64,000 nucleotides of DNA from Eledone cirrhosa (lineage: Eukaryota): positions 304,482,001-304,546,000 of the forward strand of contig OZ024741.1 of assembly GCA_964016885.1 (NCBI GenBank), written 5' to 3'. Within the stretch, counting starts at the first letter, position 1. Each line of letters begins with the position of its first letter. Below, in pieces: positions 1-12,300 of this stretch. The notes beneath the pieces are model-generated. The model saw only the letters and a list, made by a program, of their open reading frames with translations, did no database searches and had not been told where the DNA came from. The translations under genes were made by a program, and so were the position numbers.

Positions 1-439
1 TCATCCATTCAAAGTTGATAAAAAAAGTACCATCTAGAACTGGGGTCAATTTTTCCTCTCCGTTTCTTTCTCACTTCATTTCTCTCACTCTTTCTATCCT
101 TCTCTGGGAAGAAATCTGCTGTATTCAGACCTGGAGTGGAGATGGGCTCCACCAGGTTTTAAAAGAACCTTAGAAACACTGTATGTCAATAAGGGGCTCC
201 TACGACTCCCTTAGGAGTTATGGGGCCATGCACACATTATAATAGCCCACCACTCCACCATCAATCATTCAAATAAAAGAAGATCATCATCATCATCAAT
301 TTTCCATGCTCACATGGGTTAGAACAGCTGTTATGTTATGAGGCTATACAGGTCAAGTGACCACCTCTTGCTCATACATTGTTTTGGGCTTGGTTTCTTT
401 GGTTGGATGCTCTTTCTTCGGCCAACTACATTACATGTA

Positions 440-812
440 CTGGGAATTCTGTGACACTAGTACTACCACCTTAGAGGGTGGAGTAAGTACTCTTTGTTAG
501 GGAACCACCACTACCACCTTACATGGTGAACTAGGTACTTTTTGTTGTGGCACCAGCTCTACTTTCCTACAGGGTAGACTAGGTGCATTTTGTTGTGGCA
601 CCAGCTCTACTATCTTACAAGATGGACAAAGTGGTTTTTGTTGTGGCATCAGCACTACCACTTTACAAAGTGGATTGGGTGTATTTTGTTGTGGCACCAG
701 CAATACTACTTTACAAAGTGGATTGAATGCATTTTGTCGTGACACTAGCAATACCACTTTACAAAGTGGATTGGGTGCATTTTGTTGTGGCACCACACTA
801 CCACCTTACGAG
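440..812. repeat. 45-bp minisatellite (related arrays at about 5255-5480, 14490-14630, 27540-27935, 57930-58200)
   Basis: Unit approximately TTTTGTTGTGGCACCAGCACTACCACTTTACAAAGTGGATTGGGTGCA; the 15-aa periodicity of the ORF at 497-796 agrees. Confidence 0.9.
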
Positions 813-873
813 ATTTCATTTTTTTTTTAAATTCATTTATAAAGTTGTATAAAATGAAAAACAAAAGTGTTAC

Positions 874-992
874 CTGGCAATAGAAGAAATAAAGAGCAAC
901 ATATTAGTTGCTTCATGATCACAGTATTTCCTGTACATGAGGGGGGTGGCATTGGTGAGCTCATCAATCAAAGAACATTGTTGTCCTGGAAA
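874..992 (-). CDS. UBR3: UBR3 exon 27 ([16 protein letters not shown]...FISSIAR)
   Basis: TTTTAG acceptor, AG|GTAACA donor, open in phase 0. Confidence 0.82.
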
Positions 993-1144
993 CTAAAATA
1001 AAGTACAATATATCCAATAGATAGTTTAAGTTATTAGAGTTAGTGTGTATCTGTGTGTGTGTATGTAGGTCTGATGTTGAGTGCATATGAGTGTGTGTGT
1101 GTGTACATATGTAGGTGTACATTTGTCTTTGTGAAGATGAGTGC

Positions 1145-1181
<37 letters not shown>

Positions 1182-3237
1182 CATACATATAGGTGCACAG
1201 TTATGTGTGCAAACATGCATGTACAAGTTTGCTTCCTGAAATACTAGTGACTGGTGTTCTCAAATAGCCACTAAGATAGCTGTGACAGGATCACAGCTTA
1301 AAACATTCAAAGCAAGACTTATACATTTATTTTACATAAACATATAATATATGCCTCCATATACACCTCAATTATGAGCCTCACTGTGTTAGTGTTACTG
1401 CTAAACAACATACCAACAATCAACATGCCCCAATGACAAAATGTAATATATACAGCAAACTGTCACTATATATAAGGTATAACTGCAATGCAATTGCACT
1501 TTCATGTAGAAGATTGGCAGAATTGTTAGAGCACGAGACAAAATACTTTGCGGCATTTAGTTATAGTCCTTTGTATTCTTTAGTTCAAATCCTGTTGAGG
1601 TCAACTTTGCCTTTCATCCTTCTGAAGTACTGGTCAAGCAGTGGAGTTGATATATTTAACTTTCTCCCTACTAAATTCCTGGCTTTGTACTAAAATGAGA
1701 AGCCATTCTTTCTTCATTCGTCATATGAGTTTCATGTAAAAGACAGACAAGATCAACAAGGGATGCAGTCAACTTACGCTCGGATTTTGCTGTTGCTGCA
1801 TTAGCTGTTCAATGTCATATGCCGTTTTCAGCAAATTGCTCGTATCTGTTGGTGCAGACATCGAAGTAGTTTTCTTATCAGTGGGAATTATGGGAATGAC
1901 AGCGTTAGCAAGCTGACGACACACAGGACACCAATATTCCCCATCGTTCACAGCCAGAGTCTGTTGAAGATACGGACCCTTTAAAAAAAAAAAAAAAAGC
2001 AAAACATGATTGTAAACATCTGGTTGATTTAAGAAGCATTGGAAACATTTGAAATATAGTTATCCCAATGAAGATGACTATAATTATAACCAATCACTAT
2101 AAATAGTACTTGAAAATTAAATAAAGGACCCTTTGAGACAGAAAAAAGTGGGCAGGGATGCCTTCTTCACAGATGCCAGTCTACTTTTTTTCATCTCCAG
2201 TGGTATTTTACCTATTTTCTCTATTATTTTATAATGATCAATATTATTAGTATAGTCGTTTCACTATACACCCAACATATTTTATGGGTTTTATGCTAGT
2301 ATTTGCACTTCTACTATATATGTATTAGAGGTGAAAATTAATTGCGTCCATAGGCGGTATGCCAAGATGAGCACTCGATGCTCATGGAGAGCAGAGTGTC
2401 AATAATATATATATTATATATGGGAACAAAGAATCAGTGTTGCATCATATACATATTTAATTACATATGCTTTACTGCCAATCAGCTCGAGGAATGCTCA
2501 ATTAATGATCGAACCCGAGTCTACATGTTAACACATATCTGAGAAGCTTCCGATTCCAGATCCAGGATCAATCATTAATCGATCGTTCCTCAAGCTGATC
2601 GGCAGTGAAACATATGTAATTAAATACGTATATGATACAACACCGATTCTTTGTTCATATATATATATATAATATATAATATATATAATATATATATATA
2701 TATATATAATATATATATATATAATATATATATATATATAATATATAATATATATAATATATATATATATATATAATATATAATATATATAATATATAAT
2801 ATATATATAATATATATAATATATATAATATATATAATATATATAATATATATAATATATATATATATATAATATATATAATATATATATAATATATATA
2901 TAATATATATAATATATATAATATATATATATATATAATATATATAATATATATATATATATAATATATATATATATATAATATATAATATATATATAAT
3001 ATATATATAATATATATAATATATAATATATAAATATATATAATATATATAATATATAATATATATATATAATATATATATATAATATATAATATATATA
3101 TATTATATAATATATATATATATATAATATATAATATATATATATATAATATATATATATATATAATATATAATATATATATATATAATATATAATATAT
3201 ATATATATAATATATATATATATATAATATATAATAT

Positions 3238-3317
<80 letters not shown>

Positions 3318-6300
3318 AGGCACATGGCTTAGTGGTTAGAGCATTGGCCTTGCAATCGAAAGGTTGTGAGTTCAATTCTCAGACTGGGTGATGTATTGTT
3401 TCCTTGAGCAAGACACTTTATTTCACATTGCTCCAGTTTACTCAGCTGGAGTCCCTATCATTCCACTGCAAAGTGGTCGTGGAGGTGCCACGGCAAAAAG
3501 ACACCCAGCACTCACTGTAAATGAGGTTGGTGTTAGGAAGGGCATCCAGCTGTAAAAATCAAGCCAGAATCAGTTCCCGTCCCACCCTTGCAAGCAGGGA
3601 AAAGCAGACGTAAAATGAAATGATGATGATGAATGATGATATATACTTTCTGTAAGCTCAAAATCTGGAAGAAACGATCGTCAGCAATTAAATGTATTAA
3701 GCAAAAATTTGATTGTTTTATATTTTGTTGTCTCTGTTCTGTAATACATCTGATAATTTACATTGAGCTGTTTCTCATACTGGTAATCAGGTAGTGCATA
3801 ATACTACCCTTTCATATTTATAATTATATATAACTCATATATAAGTATAAATAATATTATATATACTTTACCTAATTTTCTCAACTATTATTTATAGTGA
3901 GTGATTACTATAGACACCTGCATTGGGATGACTCACTATACACACCATTTTTATGGATATTATGCTAGTATATGGGTGTGTGTGGCAATTTCTGTTTGTT
4001 TGTTTGTGAACCTAAAACTCAAAAACTACCAAACCGATTTTGATGAAACTTGACACGTGTATAGGGCTCATACCCATTTGATTTCTTGCGTATTTTAATG
4101 AAAGGGTTCCCCGGGGGCTCAAACCCCCACTGAAAGTGTTTTCCCTTCGATTTATATGAAATTTAAACCATGGGTAAATGACAAGATATGATTGATGTCT
4201 ATTCACAAAATTTCAGCAAATTTCAATAATATTAAGACACCCTAATGGGGGTTAAACTCCCTATCTTTCTATATACATAAATGGCAATTTCTGTCTGTTT
4301 GTTTGTGGATTTGTTTGTGAACCTAAAACTCAAAAACTACCAAACCGATCTTGATGTAACTTGACACGTGTGGGGCTCATGCCCATTTGAAGTTTAAAAA
4401 TAAAAAAAAAATTAAAAAAAAAAAAAAAATCGATAATTTCCAGTCTGCATCGATTTTTTAAAAAAATGAATAGGAAATTTGTATGCAAATGCTCATATGA
4501 ATGTTATTTTCTGCCATAACTTTTAAAGCTCTTAACCAATTTCCTTCAAACTTGAAACACAGATAGATTATGTGCTAAGGATGGCTTTTTTGCTAAAGAA
4601 AATTATCCAGACCACTCGAGCAAGGTGAAAGCTGATTTTTGATTAACTGATGAGCGAAATTTGGCTTCAGCTGTTGTGGGCTTAAAATGTTCTCCATAAA
4701 TCAAAATAATATTCTCTGCTTGCTGTAACATTTATTTTGGGTCTGAGAGGCATTGGGCATTTTAATGGGAACTGGGAATACGCCCACTCCCAGGTATTAC
4801 CAGGTACCTCAGCTAGTATATATATATATATATATATATACTTTACACGATTTTCTTTATTATTTATAGTGATTGAATATTATTACTATAGCCATCTGCA
4901 TTAGGATGACTACATTTGAAATTAAATATTTATCACTATACAAATTAAGACAAGCTGACAATTGTACCTTGGTCAACATGGATGTAGCACAGTTTGAACA
5001 AAGAAGCCTATGATTAGTAGTTCAGAACCTTAATATGAGTCTGTTAAAAAAAGCAACATCATTACAAACACCATTTCAGCTATCATCATAATCATCATCA
5101 CTGTTTTACATATATTTTCCATGCTTGCATAGATTAGACAGCTTATCATGTTCTATAGTTGGACAGGTCAGATGACTATGTCTTTCTCATATGTTCCATT
5201 TTGGCACGGTTTCTGAAGCTGAATACTGTTCCTAATGCCAACCGCTTCACAGCATGTACTGGGTTTGTTTTCTCATGCCACCACTACTACTGCTTGTCAG
5301 GGTGAACCGAGTACTTTGTTCATGGTAAAAGTACTACCACTTTACAGTGGGGGTTAGGTGCGTTTTATCATGGTACCTGCACTACCACTTTAGAGTGAGG
5401 ACTAGGTGCCTTTTATCATGGTACCAGCTCTACCACTTTGCTGTTTAGGCTTCATTCAATTTCTCGTGACACCAGTACTAATCAATCAAAATATTGTTTG
5501 TATACTAACCTTTAATGACTCTAAGTATTGCTTATGGCAATCCAGGTGAAGGTAATGTCCACAAGACTGCACCAGAACTCCACCTTCCCATCCTATATTC
5601 ACAGATTCACATACAGATGTCTGTGGAAAAAACAATTACAATCGTAGAGCATATAACCTTGCTGAATAAAATTAAATGTTAATGTTCAGAAAAATATCTA
5701 AGTAACAAAACAATAAAAATAAAATCATCATTATTATCATCATTTAACATCCGTCTTCCTTGATAGCAAAAGCTAAATGGACCTTCACAGACTGAACCAG
5801 TATTCAAGCAGAGTCACTGACCTCTTGGATAGATGGAGAACCTGCAGCTTGCTTACATACATTTCCGCGCTCTACCAAATATGTTATACTGTAGCATCAA
5901 CACTAAAGAGGTTGTCATGTCTCTGACACAACTGAAAAGGAAAAGGTTTCATGACACTTTACTTGGCTAACATTCTACAGTTTGATACCCTTCCAATCAC
6001 CATTTTAGTGTGAACGGGGTGCATTTATCATGTAGTTCACTAACACTAAAGAGGCGGTGGTGTTGTTGACACAACTGAAAAGTCCTCTCAACCCTTTTTG
6101 GCATAGTTTCTACAGCATGATGCCCTTCCTATTGCCCTCTACCTTACTGAGTGTACTGGGTGCATTTTTCATGGTACCAGCACTACAATGATTAAATTTA
6201 TTTATATATTGCTTAAGCTAGCACATTTAGCCATTAAATCTTTGAAATCTACATTATTTTTTTCAGATAGTTTAAGGAAGAAAATGTACCATATGCAAAG

Positions 6301-9300
6301 CCCTGTCTTTTAAAGATACTGGACTAAATGCTTTACAGTATTCACCACCACCCCCTTTTAAATTCAGATTTAAATCTTGCCAATGCCTACCTTTCTTTCC
6401 ATTCTTTAGAAAAGGCTATAAAACAAATACCAATAATATATAAGAGTAAATTCTATCAGCTTACATTACAACACAATTTGCCTTTGACTTATCCTCATCT
6501 TTTAGCATCTGTTTTCCCTACTAGTAAGGGTTGAATATGTCATCACAAACTGATCAAATCCTTTGTTTAGCAGGTTTTCTACAGTTGGATGCTCTTCCTA
6601 TTACCAACCTCTTTACAGAGTGTACAAAAAACAATATTTCATCAATCTGTTGTTAATGTGGTGGTTCAAACCTGTGTAGGTTTAACTGGTCTCCTATGAA
6701 GCTGTTTCTGTGAGGAGGTTGTTTTTTTTCCTCTTAATTATAGAGAATCCCAGTTTTATCAAGTAGCTATTTTTTCAGTGATATTAGGTGGGATTTGAAC
6801 TCAGAAAACACAATGCTGGAAAAAATTCAACAAGGCAACCCATCCAGACACACTAACACCACCACAAATCCACCAACCTAAATTGGTACTTTATCAATGC
6901 TGAAAGAATGAAGGGCAAAATTGACCTTGATAAGATTTGAACTCAGAACACAAAGGGCCAGACCAAATACTGCTAGGTATCTAATCCAACACATTTCTTC
7001 TTTGCCCACTTATTCCTGAGAGGGTCGTAGGAGCAGAATCCTCAAACACTCCTTCCAGCAGGTCCTGTCAGAATAAACCATCTCCAACTGATCCAGTTGG
7101 ATCACTAAGCAGGACCAGCCAAACTCATAGATGTTATCCAACCATCTTGCTCGGGGTCTACCCTTAGGTCTCCAACACACTAACAATTTTAAATTATGGT
7201 GATCAATTTGACACCATATTTCATTTATCATTAAATAAAACTGGAGTAATACCAATGTTTTCTAACATAGACACAAGGTCAGCAATTTGTGGGGAAGGGT
7301 GGAGGTAATCAAATTTACCTCAGTACTTTACTAGAACTTTATTCTATTGGCTCCACTTTGGTGGGAAAGCAAGAAAAGCGAATGTTAAACAATGATGATG
7401 ATGAACATATAGGGCTGTAACTAAATGCCACAAAGCATTTTGCCCGACGCTTTAATAATTCTACGAATTTGCCACCCTCACATTTTGCTGATGCTCCAAT
7501 TCTACCAATTTGCCACCCTCACATTTTGCTGATGCTCCAATTCTACCAATCTGTCACCCTCACATTTTGCCCGACACACTAATATTTCTACCAATCTGCC
7601 ACCCTTGCATTTTGCCAGACACACTAATATTTCTACCAATCTGCCACCCTCACATTTTGCCTGACACACTAATAATTCTACCAATCTGCTACCCTCGTAT
7701 TTTGTCTGACGCTCTAATAACTCTACCAATCTGCTGCCCTCACACACACAAAAAAATTTTTTTAAACTATCCAAAAAGCTGTTAAACAGACCTACCTCTG
7801 AATAGTATTTCATCAATAGATTAACATGTTGTTTCCTGATAGCTGCACAAGTTAATGGCAGACGTTTCAAGTCCAAAATGCTGACAGGCAAATTTCGCTG
7901 CTGTTTCTTACTTGGACAATGACCAAGGACTAGAAAAGAAATTTTTTTTTAAAATTATGTAAACAAAATTAAAACAAAAAAGCAAAGAATTCAGGCAGAT
8001 ATATTTTATAAAAGAAAAAAAAACGAAAAAAAATGACAATAATAATTACTCTATGGTAACCATGGGCAAATGTCTTCTTCTATAGCCTCATATTGACTAT
8101 TATGCTGTGAGTGGAATTTAGTAACAGAAACTGCAGAAGCCCGTCGTATATATGTGCGAAGTGTGTATGTGGCTGAGCATGCCAGAGAAATGTGCATCCA
8201 TAACATAATTCTCAAGGAGATTCAACATGACACGGTATGTGACAAGGATAAACCATTGTATTACAAATAGTCCATCAGACAAGCTTCCAATCAGTTTCTA
8301 TCAACCCAATTTCAATCACAAAGTATGGGTTAGCCGGTAGCTATGATAAATGACACTTGCCCAAAATGCCACAAAGTGGGATCGAACCTGGGACCTAATG
8401 ATTGTGAAACAAACTCCTCAACCATTTGACCAAGCTGTGTCCACATTACAATAATATGACCTCGTAAGTAGAATAGGTTATAAGAAGTTTTGATAATTGT
8501 TGCAGTATAGTAGTGTTTTTCTATCTGGAACGAGTAATACTAGACTATAGTAGCAACTGTCACTAGTGCTCCAAGGTGTCCAGGAATAGTTCACTGTATA
8601 CAACCACTGTTCTATTTATCAGGAATGTAAAAAGATTATTAATTTCTTAATTTTGACTTATAAATCTTAGTAGTGTCATAGGAGTGCTGTAGTGATATAA
8701 AGCATTTCTTGAGCATTTTAAACCTGGTGGAACCCATCGCCATCCAGGTTTGAACACAGCTGATTTGCTCCAGAGAGAGAAAGTATGAAAGAGATATAGA
8801 GGAAGAATCAACCCAAATACTGGACTGGTACTTTTTTTTTTTAATGAACTAGGTCACTCCAGGTAGAGCAGCTTCTTCTCCGAATTGAGAGATCACAACT
8901 CCAATAGTATGGGCATGTAGTTAGAATGTCTTAGGAAAGAATCGTCGGACAGATTTTACTGGCAAAAAGAGCCGGCAGGAGACCCAGAGCAAGATGGTTG
9001 GATAACATCCATGAGCTTGGCTGGTCTCGCTTGAGGTTCCAGGAGTGTTTGAGGACTCTAGTCCCATGACCCTCTCAGGAATAAGTGGGAGAAGAAAAAG
9101 AAAAGAGGAAAGACAAAGTTGGTCTCAGCAGGATTTGAACCCAGAACAAATACAGCAAAGCCTTCTATCCAATGTTCTAACGACTCTGCCAATTCCCTGC
9201 TTTCAAAAAGATTATAGAGATAAATTAAATTAATCCATTAGTTGAACTTCAAAGTAACTGAAGCAGGGTGGCTTGAAGGTTTACAGTATAGTGCTTGAAT

Positions 9301-12300
9301 CATGTCACAATATAATAATGGTTTCTAAATTTTGACACAATGCCAACAAATTTTTTTTGGGGGGGATTATATTGATACTGAAAAACATTTTGTCCAATGC
9401 TCTACCAATTCTTCCAATCCACAGCCTTTATGCCACAACATAATAAAATGTCAACCTCTTGCTACTTACTGCTAGTAGACAACAGCAGAACCACAATCCC
9501 CAACGGTCTTTCCAAAGTACTTGGCATAGTCTGACTACAGATAGCACAATGGAAACCATCTTCTAACACAGATTGCTCACCGCTGTCTTGAACATCTTCA
9601 GTTATATCTGGAAAAAAGAAATAAAATTATTTTTATACAAACTTTTCTTTCAGGACTAGTGACAAAAAAAACTATTCCTTGTTTCCACATCTGCTTTGCC
9701 ATGTTCTAGTGTTTAGGGAGAATGTCTAAAATGTTGATAGAGCAAAGATAAACTTTATATATTGAAGGGCAGGGAACCGTTGGTTGAATTTAATTAGAAT
9801 AGGTTGCCTGCTTCAGGGAAGTATTTTGCAAAATTAACAAGGTTTACTGAATCATGCTTCAGCTTTCACAATATTAAATCATTAACCCTTTCAATACTAA
9901 ACTGTCTGAAAGTACCCTGGATTTATGATACAAAACTGCTCATTTTAAAATGTTTATATTTATATCAAATTTTTCCATCATAATTTCACTTAAGAAAGTT
10001 TTCTTAAGTAATGATCTAAATATCAGCTTACTAATGAAAGGGTTAGTTATTTCATTAAATTAATCCAAATATTGGATTATTTTCAAAATTAATTGAAACA
10101 CACATGTAGCGTACTTCATTAGAAATACAGTCATGAAAGGGTTAAGAAACATATTTCATCATCATCAGTGTTTTTGTGCCAACTTTTCTATACAGGCATG
10201 GGTTAGATGGGACATTTTCAGGCAATGTTTTAGAGCTGGATGCCCTCCCTGGCTCTAACCTTTTTAGTCAGTTCTTATGACACCAACAGATATGGTGTAC
10301 CTATTCTAAACTGGATACACAAGCAATATGAGACATAAAAATCTACTTAACTAACAAGAGTTTTATGACCGTTTTCCCTGCTAGAGCAGGGATTAGCCTT
10401 TCGGTGCCCCTTAATAGGCTTAACACATACCATGAGGTCTTTTTTGTGGCAATGTTTAACAGCCAGATGCCTATCCTAAGACCAAACTTTACAACCAGAT
10501 GCCTGTCCTAAGACCAAACCTTTTAGTTGCCTCTGATAACATGCAGGGAATATGAGATATATGAAAAAGCAAAAAAAAGTGATTAAGAATGAAGAACATT
10601 ATTACTTACCATCCATATCCATCGCTTGCTCCATGAAAGCTTTCTGTTTTGAAGCAAATTCTGCCATTAATTTCTGCCGCCGTTCTCGAGCCTTCTTTCG
10701 TCTGATAAAAAGAAACAAATGAAGAATAACCGATGTTTGCAAATGGTTATAGTTTCTATAGACAATAACATAATCCTGTGAAAATAATAATAATGGTTTC
10801 TAATTTAGACATATGGCCAGCAATTTGAGGAGGGGGAAAGTTGAGTACATTGGATCCAGTACTTGACTGGTACTTTATTTTATCAACCCTGGAAGGTTAA
10901 AAAGATTTGAACTCTGAACATAAAGAGCCATAAGAAATATGGCAAAGCACTTTTTTCTACCAATCCACCACCCCAACAACAATAATAACAGTAATAATTG
11001 TTTCTACTTTTGGAACAAAGCCAGCAATTTGAAGGGAAGGGGAAAGTCGATTAAATTGACCCTAATGCATTACTGGTATTTTATTTTATCGAAAGGATGA
11101 AAGGTCAAAGTTAACCTTGGCGGGATTTGATCTCAGGATGTAAAGGGCTGTAACTATATGCCGTAAAGCCTTTTGTCTGGTGCTCTACTGAGGCAGACAA
11201 TCCACTGCCCTATAACAATACATAAAAACAGTGGTTTATTTTGACCAGATAAAAGACCAATACCTCAGTACTTGCCATCCAATTGACAGTAATATTTCTC
11301 ACAAGAAATAGAATAAAATAAAACCTCTGCACATCTCACATTGCAAACATTTTGTTACGTTTTACATCCAAGAATAATTTCCATGCTGGCATGTGCTATA
11401 TGGGTTATCACAGTTCAAATGAGTTCCTATGCAAAATTACTGCCATTCTAAATCGGTTGGAGGAAAACATCTCACTCATACATTAGATATTTGGCATAAT
11501 TTCTATGGCTGGTTGTCCATCTTAATTAACCCCTTCATTACCATATTTCTCATGAAAGACATTGTATATGATTTTCAAATAATTTTGAAAGTGATGTTAA
11601 TGTGCATGAACAATGAAACATGGATGAGGTGAGAGAGAAACTGAGTACAAGAAGAATCAAATGTAGTGTGCAAAAGAGAAGACTGCTGGTATGGTCATGT
11701 GATGCACATGAAGGATGAGCATGGGGTGGAGAAGTGCTTGGAGCTCCTTGAGGAAATAACGAAAGAAAGCAGCATGTGAAGTGAGGATGTGCTGGAAAAG
11801 ACCTAGCCAACCCATGCAAGCATGGAAAAAAATGGACATGAAAAGAATGATGATTGTGATGATGTTTGCAACATAAAAATTCATACATAGAAGTAATGAA
11901 AGGTTTTTAGATAAACACCTCAAAACAGGGTTGACTATTGTAGAACCAAGAGTGGTTTCAGGTGGCTTTCTTTGTTCACCAACCACTTTAGAGAGTATTG
12001 GGTACATTTTATCATGGCATCCAACTAGTGAGGTTGCCAGTTATCTTGAAAGTTAAAGAGACCTCACTACTCTATATTACTTGTTTGTTCAAGGCAATAT
12101 AACCAAAAGGAGGGGGATAAAATACAGACTAGGTTTCAAACTGTAAGATATCAATTGCTTACCTTTCTTCTTTTTCTAGGTCTTCTGATGTTGCCATGCC
12201 TCTTTCTTGGGGTAGTTGTTTCTCTTTCACTTTAGGTTTTGTCTCATGATAAATTCTTTCTGTCTCTTGCAAACAAGAATAGTCTTGAGATGCCAGTTTA

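Noticed and set aside
497-796. 99-aa repetitive ORF (also 7502-7891 beyond exon 24, and 27583-28020)
   Set aside because: Translation of 45-bp minisatellite units, with no splice or homology support.
2528-3375. Long Tyr/Ile ORFs (265, 222 and 90 aa)
   Set aside because: Artefacts of the (TA)n microsatellite.
3316-3390. tRNA gene (also at 46880, 62170-62245, 62635-62705)
   Set aside because: A and B boxes are present, but each continues into a SINE body and lacks a clean acceptor stem; these are SINE heads.
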